A stretch of 64,000 bases of DNA from an uncultured cyanobacterium (GCA_963719515.1 CAVRCJ010000013.1:160001-224000); one strand, 5' to 3'; positions 9,586 through 20,217 are shown, numbered from the stretch's first letter. The notes: generated by a model from the letters alone, not told the origin. Program-made: numbers and translations.

Positions 9586-11409
9586 ATGAATAGACTAAAA
9601 TCTATGTCCTCTGACCTCAGAAAAGGAAACCAAAAAGTCTTTGGAGTGATGATACTCTCGGCGGTCTATGTTACCGTAATCAGGCTTCTAGGGCCATTAA
9701 ATGTAGGGTGGGACCAGAGTATTCAACTCGAAGCAGCCTATCGCTTAATTCAGGGATTGGGGCTAACCAATGCTTTCTCACCTCAAGCCAATCTCAATCA
9801 GTCCCCCATTTCAGAATACCTCACCCACCATCCACCGATCTTCTCCCTACTAGCCGCCGCTTTTCTTGCCGCCGGGATTAGCCTCCCGGCTGTCCTGAAA
9901 CTTATCTACAGTCTTACAACTATTATTGGCTGGGCCGCTTGGTCTCTCGTTAGCTCCCGGTGCCTGGTTGAACCGATTGCGTGCAGCGGACGACTCTTTC
10001 CGGTGAATCTGGTCATAGCTGTCGCGCTGCCAATCTTCTACACGCCTTCCTGGTCAGGAACTGATATTTTTCTTTGGGCCGGCATTCCTGCTATTGCACT
10101 ACTACTGCTACCCCAAGACGGCGAAGCCTTGCTCAGTCACCCCAAGCCTAGAGGTCCAAGCGCTAAGGCGCGCACCCGTATTCAGTTCAGCGGTACAATC
10201 TTGTCAGGCTTAGTTCTTGGTCTGCTGGTCTCGGTGCGCTACTTCAGTATTTTTTTGCTGTTGGCGGCGCTATTCATGACTATTTACGCCTACGGGCCGA
10301 AAATTTCTGTATCGCTCAAACGGTCTCTGGCGATATACCTATCCTCTTTCCTTATTCTGATTCCAACATTTTTATATTTGAGGTGGGCGTCAGCCTTGAC
10401 AAAGGCGAGTATTTCCTCCAGCAATAATCTACTTCAAACACATAAAGCAAGTCATCATAGAGCTGCCGACTCTGACTTCTCCTTACTTGCATCAGCCCCC
10501 GAGGCTATTGAAAGAGTTTTTTCAAGCTTTTAAAAATTGTATAAGCTGACCGGAATAAGTTCAGATAAGCTAGAGTCTTTTTTAAGCTTTAGCCCAATGA
10601 TAAGCGACACACTCGGAGCAATATTTCTACTTGGCATTCTCATACTGGGAGTGACAATACTTTCCTATAGAAATCGAGAGAAATACTCTGTCGGCGTAGA
10701 CATCTCTATCTCTCTTCTACTCACAATCACCGCGTTTGTGCTATTTTCTGTCGCGATCGCTTTTCTTGTACTATATAGCCCACTCGTTATCGATCGATAT
10801 TACGAACCTATTATATTTTGCTTAGTATTGGTGGCTTATAGAGTAACAACCTTGCCTGGTTTCAGCCGCTCGGCTAAGGGCCTATGTGTGATATTAGTCT
10901 TGACCTTTACGCTGTACAACACGCTTCTCAAACCCGCTCAGTGGCTTTTATTCGACAGCAATAAGGACCTGGCATATTCTATTCTGGCAATCGGAACTAA
11001 ACTAGCCGATATTCCATATCCCAGCAACAAAATACTGAACGCTCACGAGGAATCTATCACGTTTCTCAAGGAAATCGAATCTCGAGAGCAAAATGCTTTA
11101 TTTTTTATTCAGGACTACCCGACATACATGGGCTACTTTAATTTCAGCGATCCGCTTAAGGTACGGCGAATTCCTGACCAAGGGTTTTGGGAAAACGCAT
11201 ATTTGAGTCGTCCAACCAGAATATACTGGGTCATCAACGATAGAAAATGCTCCTCAATTTGCGCTTCGGGAGGAAACTTTAATTCCAATAATCCCGATCG
11301 AGCCTTTGAACCAATGCTGTCTTTGCCTGGCTTAAAAACCGTTTTCGAAGGTGAGCAGAACAATACAAGAATTATGGTGTCAAACTTGCCTGCTGGGCAT
11401 CGGTTTTAA
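9586..11409 (+). pseudogene. Polytopic membrane protein (possible GT-C fold glycosyltransferase) interrupted by in-frame TAA at 10531-10533
   Basis: ORFs 9586..10533 and 10537..11409 are in the same frame (TTT TAA AAA TTG); many TM segments; WDQ loop after TM1; visibly AT-richer than the flanks. Confidence 0.6.
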
Positions 11410-11462
11410 GCTGAACAAGATCTCTGATCTAGTCTGTATTGGGAGAACTCGGGCCCAAAGTT

Positions 11463-11492
11463 TAGGGGTCATGCCTATGTGCATGACCCCTA
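11463..11492. terminator. Hairpin between convergent genes, likely the infB terminator or bidirectional
   Basis: Perfect 12-bp stem TAGGGGTCATGC / GCATGACCCCTA with a 6-nt loop. Confidence 0.7.
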
Positions 11493-11510
11493 GACGTTTT
11501 TGAGTAGCCG

Positions 11511-14504
11511 TTAGACCGCTAAGGTGCGCCGCTTTGTGGTCAGTCGGAAGGCTTCAATAATGTCGCCCTCCTCCCAGCTGTTGAACTTGTCGATGCCAAT
11601 ACCGCATTCGTAGCCAGCAGCAACCTCTTTAGCGTCATCCTTCATCCGCTTTAGAGAATCGAGCGAGCCTTCGTAGACCATCTCGCTACGTCGCTGAACT
11701 CGGACGCGGCAGTTCCGCACCACCTTACCCGACTGGACGTAGCAGCCAGCAACCGCTCCTCGGCCTACGGCAAATACAGCGCGAACCTCCACCTGACCCA
11801 GCGGCTCTTCAACCAACTCGGGCTCCAGGAGACCCTCCATTGCGCCCTGGATGTCTTCCAGTAGCTTATAGATGATGTCATACTCCCGAATGTCAACCCC
11901 AGCTTGATCGGCTGCCTGACGAGCACCGCTCGCCAAGGTGGTGTTGAAGCCAATGATCACAGCACCGCTAGCCGCGGCTAGGTCGACGTCTGTCTCGCTA
12001 ATCTCGCCAGGAGCCGAGAGCAAGACACGCACCTGAACCTCGTCTTGAGGCAGCTGCTGGAGCGAGGCCAAAATTGCTTCTAGCGATCCCTGTACGTCAG
12101 ACTTAATCAGCAGATTAAGCTCCTTAAGGTCACCCTCTTGGGCCTGACTAGACAGCGTATTGAGACTGACCCGACGAGACGCTAGCGTCTGCTGTAGGCG
12201 CGACTGGCGTTGAGCATCGGCGCGGTTGTCGGCGGTTGATCGAGCCTCCTTCTCATCGAGGAAGACCTCGAATTCTTCACCGGCTGCCGGTACGTCGTTT
12301 AGACCCAGCACCTCAACGGCAAAGGAAGGGCTTGCCTCAGGGACGCGATCGCCCCGGTCATCGATCATGGCCCGAACCTTACCGAACACTGAGCCTGCGA
12401 CAATTACATCGCCAATGTGCAGGGTGCCGTTTTGCACCAGCAGGGTAGCTACAGGGCCACGGGCCTTGTCTAGGTTGGCTTCGATCACCGTACCGCGAGC
12501 GGTACGGTCAGGGTTGGCCTGTAGATCTTCTACCTCAGAGACCAGCAGCAGCATCTCCAGCAGTCCGTCCAGGTTCTCGCCTTTGAGGGCGCTGACGGGC
12601 ACCATAATGGTGTCGCCGCCCCACTCCTCCGGAACCAGGCTGTGCTCGGTCAGCTCCTGCTTCACGCGGTCGGGGTTGGCTTCCTCTTTATCGACTTTGT
12701 TGATCGCAACGACAATAGGCACTTCTGCCGCCTGAGCGTGGCGGATCGCCTCGATGGTCTGAGGACGGACACCATCGTCTGCTGCCACTACTAGCACCGC
12801 AATATCGGTTACCCTAGCGCCCCGCGCTCTCATAGCGGTGAAGGCTTCGTGGCCTGGTGTATCGAGGAAGACAATCTGCTGCGACTTGCCGGCGTGCTCC
12901 ACATCAACATGGTAAGCGCCGATGTGCTGGGTAATACCGCCCGCTTCTCCCTGGGCAACTTTCGCTTGGCGAATGGAGTCAAGGAGAGTCGTCTTACCGT
13001 GGTCGACGTGGCCCATGATGGTGACCACGGGTGGGCGACGAACCAGGCTTTCGAAGTCCGTTGCGTCGATCATCTCGGTGACCTTCTTCGCTTCGGCCTC
13101 ATCGGCTTCAGCCTCGACCATCACCTCGTATTCTTCTCCCACCGCCGCTGCTGTAGAGACGTCTAGGATCTGGTTGATGTTGGTGGCAATTCCTTTGAAG
13201 AACAGAGTCTTAATGATGTCAGTTTCCGGCACCATCAGCTGCTCGGCGAGGTCATGTACCGAAATGCCGTCTTCCGAAATACCAATGATTTCAGGCCGCT
13301 CCTCTTTAGGCTCCTGCTCACGGCGATCGCGACGGGTCTGACGACGATCTTGAGAGGGCTTAGACGGTGAAGGCTTACGCCGCGCGGCAGCGGGCTTCGG
13401 TGTTACCCCTCCACCCATACCTTTGGGCTTTGGCGGACGCATTAACGATAGCGACATTTGCTCAGCCGAAACCGCATCAGCATTGCCCGAATCATCATCC
13501 TCATCGAATTCTTCGTCGTCGACGATCAAGTCTCGACGCTTAGGACGAGTCGCCTTAGCGCGCTTCGGAATTTCCTGCTCGTCTTCTTCTTCAGTTTCTT
13601 TCTTCTTGTCGCGTTTAGGCCGCATCGGCGACGGACGCAAGAGACTAATCTCATCAATGACGCTGACGCTAGAGTCATCCGACGTCGTGGTTTTGGTCTC
13701 CTCCGAGCTATCTCCCGTGCGAGCGGGGGTTGGCCGCCCAACGGGTCGCCTCAGCTTGGGCAATTCAGCCAGCCTAGGAGGCTCAACCTCGGGTCTCGCT
13801 CGCGGCGGCGACGGGGCCTCTACTTCAGCCGTCTCCCCAAGCTGGGAGGGTCGCGGGCGCTCAACGGTGGGCGCTGTGGCGCTGACTGTCGCCGACAAAC
13901 CGTTGCCGTTTGTGGCCTCTACCGGTTCGGATCGGTCCTGAGGCCTAACGGGCGGCGAGACTAATGCTGCTGGCTTTTCGAGGGGCTCGACGTTGACCTG
14001 ATCTAGATTTGACCCTGCTTCTACAGGATCTTGAAGCTGGGCCTCGGTCGGCATAGCGGCTCCGTTAGAAGCACCTGACGAAGCGGGTTCAGGAGCCCTC
14101 GCGGCGCGAGGCGGCGCCGCCAATCGGGGAGACTTGACCGGCCTTGGCGGCGGCGGCGCATCGACGGGCCTCTGCTGACGCGCTACGGGCCTATCGACAG
14201 GGGGCTCAGGCTGCGGAGCATCGGATGCCGTTCGCTTGCGAATCTCTAGGATTTGAGGCTTGCGCTTCTGCGGCGGTTTGGGCTTCAGTTCAGGGCGTTC
14301 TCGCTGCGATCGCTTTGCGGCAGGGGGGCGGCTGGCTGAGCGGTTGACGGACGCTGAGCGAATTTGCTCAGCTTCGGACTCTGTGATTGTACTGCTATGG
14401 CTCTTTGCAGCGATATTGAGCTCGTTACAGACGGCTAAAATGTCGCGATTTTCCAAATTTAACTCTTTCGACAACTCGTATATCCTGACTTTGTCGTTGC
14501 TCAT
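11511..14504 (-). CDS. infB: Translation initiation factor IF-2
   Basis: [11 protein letters not shown]-terminus, [21 protein letters not shown]; long Pro-rich linker typical of cyanobacteria. Confidence 0.98.
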   Translation of the reverse strand: MSNDKVRIYELSKELNLENRDILAVCNELNIAAKSHSSTITESEAEQIRSASVNRSASRPPAAKRSQRERPELKPKPPQKRKPQILEIRKRTASDAPQPEPPVDRPVARQQRPVDAPPPPRPVKSPRLAAPPRAARAPEPASSGASNGAAMPTEAQLQDPVEAGSNLDQVNVEPLEKPAALVSPPVRPQDRSEPVEATNGNGLSATVSATAPTVERPRPSQLGETAEVEAPSPPRARPEVEPPRLAELPKLRRPVGRPTPARTGDSSEETKTTTSDDSSVSVIDEISLLRPSPMRPKRDKKKETEEEDEQEIPKRAKATRPKRRDLIVDDEEFDEDDDSGNADAVSAEQMSLSLMRPPKPKGMGGGVTPKPAAARRKPSPSKPSQDRRQTRRDRREQEPKEERPEIIGISEDGISVHDLAEQLMVPETDIIKTLFFKGIATNINQILDVSTAAAVGEEYEVMVEAEADEAEAKKVTEMIDATDFESLVRRPPVVTIMGHVDHGKTTLLDSIRQAKVAQGEAGGITQHIGAYHVDVEHAGKSQQIVFLDTPGHEAFTAMRARGARVTDIAVLVVAADDGVRPQTIEAIRHAQAAEVPIVVAINKVDKEEANPDRVKQELTEHSLVPEEWGGDTIMVPVSALKGENLDGLLEMLLLVSEVEDLQANPDRTARGTVIEANLDKARGPVATLLVQNGTLHIGDVIVAGSVFGKVRAMIDDRGDRVPEASPSFAVEVLGLNDVPAAGEEFEVFLDEKEARSTADNRADAQRQSRLQQTLASRRVSLNTLSSQAQEGDLKELNLLIKSDVQGSLEAILASLQQLPQDEVQVRVLLSAPGEISETDVDLAAASGAVIIGFNTTLASGARQAADQAGVDIREYDIIYKLLEDIQGAMEGLLEPELVEEPLGQVEVRAVFAVGRGAVAGCYVQSGKVVRNCRVRVQRRSEMVYEGSLDSLKRMKDDAKEVAAGYECGIGIDKFNSWEEGDIIEAFRLTTKRRTLAV

Positions 14505-14665
14505 CCCTACCTCATACGTACCAAAAAACTGCTACATAACGACGACCTGATTTTCTACACAAAACAACAGTGAGAATAAGTCTATATCACCTAGCTTCAC
14601 CTAGCTTACAAGGCGATCGCCTTGCCTCAGGGTTACAGAGATCAATTCTAGCCTAATAGTCTGCC

Positions 14666-14833
14666 TACTTGCAGGGATGCAGATTTTGACATCCTCCCCG
14701 CCCTGAAGAGCGGGGATTCCCGGTCTGCCCACTAGGTGGACTCCCGACGGGTGGACGCCTCAGCGCGGATTGCCCCTGACGAGGTCTTATGCCCGCTCCG
14801 CGTCCGTTTAGAGTCTCGGGCTAGCTCCAGCCC
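14666..14833 (-). ncRNA. Predicted TnpB omega-RNA (scaffold about 14833-14686, guide about 14685-14666)
   Basis: Stems GGGCT/AGCCC and GGACGC/GCGTCC plus the right-end hairpin overlap the tnpB 3' end; TnpB omega-RNAs are known to arise at this position. Boundaries are approximate. Confidence 0.65.
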
Positions 14834-15976
14834 AGACGTTTCAATATTGCGGCTAGCATTGCCGTCCCGGTCTTGGGTTTTGCCGCAACCAAGACAGACC
14901 AGCTCTCGAACCGACAGCTCCAGCTTGCCCCAGCGGTAGCCGCAGTCGGCACACTTCTGGCTAGTCGGCTCCCACCGGCTGATGACCGATACCTCGCGTT
15001 CCAGTATCATCGCGGCCTTGGCCTCGCACATCGTTCGCAGATCACGCCAGCCCTGTTGCGCAATAGCGCGGGCCAACTTGCGGTTGCGCACCATGCCGGA
15101 CACGTTCAGGTCTTCAATAGCCACAACGCTATGGTTGCGAATCAGCCAGGTCGAGAGCTTATGCAGAAAATCCTTGCGGATGTCCCGCTGCTTGGCCTTC
15201 AGCTTAGCGATGCGCAGCCGGGTGCGCTCACGGCGCTTCGACCCCTTGACGCGCCTATTCAGCTTGCGCTGCTCACGGCGTATCTTGCGGCCAATGCGGT
15301 CGTAACCAGGAGACTCAACGCGCTGGCCGCTGCTGAGCACCGCGAACGTCTTGATACCCAAGTCCACACCCACGCTTTGGTTCTTGGCGGGGATGCTGAC
15401 GGGTTGAATCAGGGCGACAAAGCTCAGGAAATAGCGGCCAGCGCGGTCTTTGATAACCGTTACCGACGAGGACTCAGGTGGTAGCGGCCTTGACCAGCGC
15501 ACCTTAAGGTTACCTACCTTGGCTAGATACACCTTGTCGCCCTTGAGCGAGAAGCCGCCCTTGCGGAATCGCGCCGACTGGCGATTGTCTTTACGCTTGA
15601 ACCGGGGCGGCATCACCTTTGGTCCTTTGCGCTTGCCTTTGAGCGAATCAAAGAAGTTTTTGAACGCTACGCCCAAATCGGCGATGGACTGCTGCAGCGG
15701 GATATTTGATACCTCGCTCAGCCACTGGCGCTCAACCGTTTTCTTGGCCTGCGTGATGCAAGCCTTCTGAAGGTCGCCATTCTTAGGCAGCGAATCCGAC
15801 TCCTTGCACAGTGCTAGGGCGTCGTTCCACACGACACGGCAGCAGCCAAACAGCTTGGCTAAGCTGATCTGCTGTCCGGACGTGGGATAGACGCGGTACT
15901 GGTAGCGGCACTTCATAAATACAATTGTCCTACAAAAGCCGCCCTAAAGGGCGGGGCTTGAGACCCAGTTTTTTTG
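14686..15976 (-). mobile_element. IS200/IS605-family element, TnpB-only (IS1341-like)
   Basis: On the minus strand, TGAC precedes left end CAAAAAAACTGGGTCTCAAGCCCCGCCCTTTAGGGCGGCTTT; right end GAATCCCCGCTCTTCAGGGCGGGGAGGATGTCAA. Subterminal hairpins at both ends, no tnpA, no target duplication. Confidence 0.9.
14732..15916 (-). CDS. tnpB: RNA-guided endonuclease TnpB
   Basis: YQYRVYPT...LFGCCRVVWN HTH, RuvC-I VGVDLG, RuvC-II IEDL, zinc finger CADC/CLGC, RuvC-III DRDGNASRNI. Confidence 0.95.
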   Translation of the reverse strand: MKCRYQYRVYPTSGQQISLAKLFGCCRVVWNDALALCKESDSLPKNGDLQKACITQAKKTVERQWLSEVSNIPLQQSIADLGVAFKNFFDSLKGKRKGPKVMPPRFKRKDNRQSARFRKGGFSLKGDKVYLAKVGNLKVRWSRPLPPESSSVTVIKDRAGRYFLSFVALIQPVSIPAKNQSVGVDLGIKTFAVLSSGQRVESPGYDRIGRKIRREQRKLNRRVKGSKRRERTRLRIAKLKAKQRDIRKDFLHKLSTWLIRNHSVVAIEDLNVSGMVRNRKLARAIAQQGWRDLRTMCEAKAAMILEREVSVISRWEPTSQKCADCGYRWGKLELSVRELVCLGCGKTQDRDGNASRNIETSGLELARDSKRTRSGHKTSSGAIRAEASTRREST

Positions 15977-16036
15977 GTCAGGGCTTACCAATATTATCTG
16001 AACTGAGGCTATACCTCGGGTGCCATCAGACGAGAG

Positions 16037-16315
16037 TCAAGGCCCCTTCCCCTGAAAACCCGCCTCGACAGTCGACAGACGCTCCCGCAATGTCCTGTAG
16101 ACATCATCAGGCACAGGAGCCCTCAAGACTTTTCCAAGGCGATTTTTGCGCTGAGCGGCCTGTAGACAGGCTGAGCAGGGGCAGATATAGGCCGAGCGGC
16201 CCATACCGGCATCAAGCTGCAGCGATCGCGAAGGATGGAGCCGGACTACGCGCCAAAAGTCTGACTTGTGGGCGACGCGCCTGCAGCCGATGCAGCGGCG
16301 ATAATTAGTTTCCAT
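16037..16315 (-). CDS. ylxR: YlxR (DUF448) family RNA-binding protein
   Basis: RRCIGCR and GRSAYIC motifs; position between nusA and infB. Confidence 0.9.
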   Translation of the reverse strand: METNYRRCIGCRRVAHKSDFWRVVRLHPSRSLQLDAGMGRSAYICPCSACLQAAQRKNRLGKVLRAPVPDDVYRTLRERLSTVEAGFQGKGP

Positions 16316-16342
16316 GCAAAGGGGTTGTACTCACGGCATACA

Positions 16343-17830
16343 TTATGGCTCATAAAGCCCTTCTCTAGAGGCGGGCTCCGCGACCGAACGGCCGCCAGCA
16401 ATTGGAAGGTGGGCCGTCTCATCGCTGGTGAATCGCAGCGGCTCGCGATCGAACTTTTCTAGAGGCTCCTCCAAAGGCTCAGCTTCTATTGCCACACCAA
16501 CCTCACTGGGCTCTAGGTCCCCTCCAACCTCAACATAATTTTCTGAGGCTTCTAAAAAGGCAGCTTCACGGGCCTCAAACTCTCTAGCTTCTGCCTCACG
16601 AACCTCCGCCTCGGCTGCCTCACGGGCTTCAGCAGCTTCGCGGGCAATGCTTCTTTGCTCCTCTATCTCGGCCATCCTTTGGTCCTCTGCCTCGTAGTCA
16701 TACTTAGCAGAATCTTTAATGTCAATTTTCCACCCCGTCAGACGAGCCGCTAGGCGAACGTTTTGCCCTTCTTTCCCGATGGCTAAACTCAGCTGGTCCT
16801 CCGCGACCAAGACGTGGGCCTGCCGCTCTTCGGGGTCGACAAGGCGCACTTCGTCGACGCGGGCGGGGCTGAGGGCATTGGCGACGTAGGTAGCGGGGTC
16901 AGGGGACCAGCGGATCACGTCAATCTTTTCGCCCCGGAGCTCATTGACCACCACCTGAATGCGCGACCCTCTGGCCCCAATACAGGCTCCGACCGGGTCA
17001 ACATCGCGCTCTACCGTATCCACCGCAATTTTGGTGCGGGGACCGACAGACCGCGAGGGAGGATTGGCTTCTCGAGCGACCGCCACGATGCGAACAATTT
17101 CGTCCTCAATTTCGGGGACTTCGTTGGCAAACAGGTAGACTACCAAACCCGCATCGGCCCGCGACACGATCAGCTGTGGCCCTCGGTGAGACCCCTCTGA
17201 CACCCGCTTCAGGTAAACCCTGAGCGTCGCGTTGGCCCGGTAGTTGTCGTTGGGCAGCTGCTCTCGCTTCGGCAACTCGGCCTCAACTTCCGGCTGGCCA
17301 AAGCCGCTAGTCACGGACATAATCACCGACTGACGCTCGAATCGCAGCACCCGCGCCTGCAGGACGGTGCCTTCTAGGTCTTTGAACTCCTCTTGAATAA
17401 TTTTCCGCTGCTGGTCCCGCAGCTTTTGAGAGAGCACCTGCTTAGTTTGAATCGCGGCCATCCGGCCAAACTCGGTTTGTTCGGGGGTGACATCTAGAAT
17501 CACGGTATCCCCAAGCTGAGCCTCTGCCGCCACCTCTTGAACTTCGTTAAGGGAGATCTGGTGATCGCCGACGGCCACTGCTTCCACAATCATCTTGGTC
17601 GCCAGAATACGAAAGCCTTCGTCCTCGACGTCAAGCTCAATTTCAAAGTTATCGAAGTAGTCTTCGTCAAACACTTCTGCCGCGTCAGGTCGGTAAGTAC
17701 GGCGGTAGCGCTCATACCCTTTAAGCAGCGCCTCTCGTAGCGCGGCCTGTACCGCTGACTTGGGCAAGTTACGCTCCTGACTGATGCTGTCGATCATGGT
17801 CTGGAGACCGGGCAATTCGACCATTGACAT
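16343..17830 (-). CDS. nusA: Transcription termination/antitermination factor NusA
   Basis: Start MSMVELPG at 17830; FGRMAAIQTKQV, DPVGACIGARGSR, SLAIGKEGQNVRLAARLTGWKIDI; acidic C-terminal tail. Confidence 0.97.
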   Translation of the reverse strand: MSMVELPGLQTMIDSISQERNLPKSAVQAALREALLKGYERYRRTYRPDAAEVFDEDYFDNFEIELDVEDEGFRILATKMIVEAVAVGDHQISLNEVQEVAAEAQLGDTVILDVTPEQTEFGRMAAIQTKQVLSQKLRDQQRKIIQEEFKDLEGTVLQARVLRFERQSVIMSVTSGFGQPEVEAELPKREQLPNDNYRANATLRVYLKRVSEGSHRGPQLIVSRADAGLVVYLFANEVPEIEDEIVRIVAVAREANPPSRSVGPRTKIAVDTVERDVDPVGACIGARGSRIQVVVNELRGEKIDVIRWSPDPATYVANALSPARVDEVRLVDPEERQAHVLVAEDQLSLAIGKEGQNVRLAARLTGWKIDIKDSAKYDYEAEDQRMAEIEEQRSIAREAAEAREAAEAEVREAEAREFEAREAAFLEASENYVEVGGDLEPSEVGVAIEAEPLEEPLEKFDREPLRFTSDETAHLPIAGGRSVAEPASREGLYEP

Positions 17831-17969
17831 AGAAATATCCTCTTCAAAAATAGGGGGTGAGGGCTTAGGCCCAAGCGCAGAGTTTTGTGGGAAACAGTCG
17901 CGGTGACGCTGGCTGCGAGCTATCGACTGCGATACGCCGGCTGCTATAGATATCGGCTGCGGCAAAATC

Positions 17970-18431
17970 TCAGTCGCGATCGCTCAGCTGAACCTCCTGA
18001 ATCTGGCTTCTAGGAATGGCGACCTTGCGGCCTCGGCAGCTTAGAACAACTGCTTCATCATCGCGGCTAATCAGCTGCCCTCGCCAAGAAGACTGGCCTT
18101 TAACTGCTTCTGTCGTGGTTACAACGACGGGAAATCCCTTAAATGCTCTAAAGTCTCGATCGCAGGTCAAAATCTCCGATACGCCAGGGCTAGACACCTC
18201 AAGCACGTAGGCCTCAGGGATGACGCCCGACTCATCCAACGCCTCTTCCAACGCCCGACTCATCGTCTCACAGTCGTTTAAGCTGGTGTCCTCCTGCCGG
18301 TTGCGAACGTCAACCCTGAGCACGGGCGGGTTTTGGTTGGTGTGAAACGTGGCGCTGACGACGTCAAGCCCAAGCTGAGCCGCAACGGGGGCCGCAATTT
18401 CGCAAACCTGGGGGATTAGAGGATGGGGCAT
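17970..18431 (-). CDS. rimP: Ribosome maturation factor RimP
   Basis: Start MPHPLIP at 18431; YVLEVSSPG motif; upstream of nusA. Confidence 0.95.
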   Translation of the reverse strand: MPHPLIPQVCEIAAPVAAQLGLDVVSATFHTNQNPPVLRVDVRNRQEDTSLNDCETMSRALEEALDESGVIPEAYVLEVSSPGVSEILTCDRDFRAFKGFPVVVTTTEAVKGQSSWRGQLISRDDEAVVLSCRGRKVAIPRSQIQEVQLSDRD

Positions 18432-18464
18432 GGCGGTCGCCGAGGAGTTATCTAAAACACAGCA

Positions 18465-18502
18465 AAAAAAAGCAATAAAAAAAGCGGGCTTGACCCCACT
18501 TT
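18465..18502 (-). promoter_or_regulatory. rimP leader premature terminator (attenuator)
   Basis: Minus strand AAAGTGGG-GTCAAG-CCCGCTTT followed by long T tracts, about 35-70 nt upstream of the rimP start. Confidence 0.7.
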
Positions 18503-18717
18503 CAGCATCTAAATTGCTAGAAAGCAATCGCTGCCTCAGCAGACGAAGGCCGTGCAGATGAAGCTGCTGACCCTGTGCGAAGCTGAGCGCGATTCAAATT
18601 TATAGTAGCGCATCTCCCCCATCCTGCAGAGGGAATTGTGTCGAGGTGTTTCAATTCTGCTGCGCGAGCCGCCCAGAAGCCCGACAGGCTCCGCTGGGCC
18701 AAGGAGCGCTTCAAAGC

Positions 18718-20217
18718 CTAGCTTTGAGAAGACTTACGGGTAGTGGCATAGAGCTTTTGGGTCTGCTCCCGCAGCGCTTCCACGTCTTCCTCCCCCAAAC
18801 GTTTGACGTAGTTGACCTTCACCTCTTCGAGCCAAGCGGCGACCAAATCAGCGATCTCTTCGTCGGCGCTGCCCTGCTGAATCTCACGGCGGAAGCTATC
18901 ACCAATATCTTGAATGAGCTTGGCGGTCAGCGCTGCGCCAGTGTCGTCCTGCATAGCGCTGGTGAGACTCGCGTACAGCGCATCGTAAAGCTCTGAGACG
19001 AGCTGCTTGGCCACCCGCTCCGAGGTCGCCTCTACCCCCGGAAGCGATCGCAGCTGAGCATACATTGGGGCAGCCATGAGCGCCGAGTGAACGTTGTGGT
19101 AGAGCAGCGCCTCCACGTCGGGCTTGACCTCGGGCAGCACCCGATAGGTCAAGGTGGACACGATGCGATCGACAATCACCTTGATTTCATCAATATCGTT
19201 GAGGTCAATGTACTGTGCTGCGTCTGAGTTGAGCAGCGATCGCGTGACGTCGCCTTGGCGAATCAGGTTCTGCGCTTGGTCAATCACCCGCAGAATTACT
19301 ACCTCAGTCAGCTCAATGGCAAAGTTGGCGACAATACCCCGGGTAATGCGATTGCGCAGGGGCTCTAGGTCGACCAAGTTGGATTGGTTAATGCGAAAGA
19401 CCACCGGAATGACCCGCAGTCCTCGCCAAAACGGCAGCAGCAAAAACAGGTCGTACCAGCGCCACATCATGGTGTCAAACCAGCTGGTATCGCTGTAGCG
19501 CCGCTGTAGCCACCAGGTGCGGGCCAGAAACTCTATCCCGAAGATGCCGATAAACCAGATGTCAATGAGGATGAAGCGATCGGTGGGAATGCCGCTCAGA
19601 CCGACTAGGGGGGAGTCAATAGTGCGGTAGTAGTTCGCTTCAAACAGGGGGCGAAGCTGGCTGTTGAAAAAGGCGAGCTCTTCAGAGTAGCCCTGCTGCG
19701 TGAGATACTCCTGGCTCCAAAAGTCGTCAAGCGCCTCCTTCGAGGTTTCGAACTCTTGGCCCGTGGCGTCGCCGACGCGATCGCGAATCCGGTCTTTAAT
19801 CCGCTCTAAGGCTCCGGTTTTGTTCGCGATCTCAAAGGGATTTTCGTCCACAATGGCGTCGCTACGGACGCGTAGTTCCCTTAGCAGACTACCCACCTCG
19901 GGGGAGGAAATGCCGGTTTCAACCACCTGCGCCTCGAGGTCATTCACCGTCTCCAGATAGGCGGCAGTTGCCTGCTGGGGCTCAATGCCTTTGAACCGCT
20001 CGCCGTACCAATCGGTAAACTCGGGGACAAACCGCAAATAGTAGTCCCGCAGCGGAATATAGCTATAGTCGAACAGCACCAGAGCAAAGTTCAAAAGGGC
20101 GATCGCCGCCATGATCTTCTCAAACCATCGATTACGGCGGCGGGCTGTGGCGGGCCGCTTAGCGCGTGGACTATTGCGAGGCTTGGCCCGTGGGCTGGTA
20201 GGTTGAAGGGCGGACAT
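18718..20217 (-). CDS. Hypothetical membrane protein with an ion-transport-like TM segment
   Basis: 499-aa ORF; TM helix near the N-terminus and IDIWFIGIFGIEFLAR...WYDLFLLLPFWRGLRVIP. Confidence 0.75.
   Translation of the reverse strand: MSALQPTSPRAKPRNSPRAKRPATARRRNRWFEKIMAAIALLNFALVLFDYSYIPLRDYYLRFVPEFTDWYGERFKGIEPQQATAAYLETVNDLEAQVVETGISSPEVGSLLRELRVRSDAIVDENPFEIANKTGALERIKDRIRDRVGDATGQEFETSKEALDDFWSQEYLTQQGYSEELAFFNSQLRPLFEANYYRTIDSPLVGLSGIPTDRFILIDIWFIGIFGIEFLARTWWLQRRYSDTSWFDTMMWRWYDLFLLLPFWRGLRVIPVVFRINQSNLVDLEPLRNRITRGIVANFAIELTEVVILRVIDQAQNLIRQGDVTRSLLNSDAAQYIDLNDIDEIKVIVDRIVSTLTYRVLPEVKPDVEALLYHNVHSALMAAPMYAQLRSLPGVEATSERVAKQLVSELYDALYASLTSAMQDDTGAALTAKLIQDIGDSFRREIQQGSADEEIADLVAAWLEEVKVNYVKRLGEEDVEALREQTQKLYATTRKSSQS

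Noticed and set aside
12226..14550. Long antisense ORFs over infB (and similar ones over recF, the PKS, the kinases and the MCP)
   Set aside because: Shadow frames of GC-rich coding sequence with no recognisable motifs
14732..15916. TnpB as a nuclease-dead TldR or Cas12f, or the element as an IStron
   Set aside because: All three RuvC acidic residues are present, there is no CRISPR array, and only about 60 nt separate the left end from the ATG, leaving no room for a group I intron
17831..17965. Extended N-termini of nusA, rimP and the HTH-REC regulator in the ORF track
   Set aside because: Conserved protein starts lie downstream (17830, 18431, 34347); the extensions look like intergenic or leader sequence
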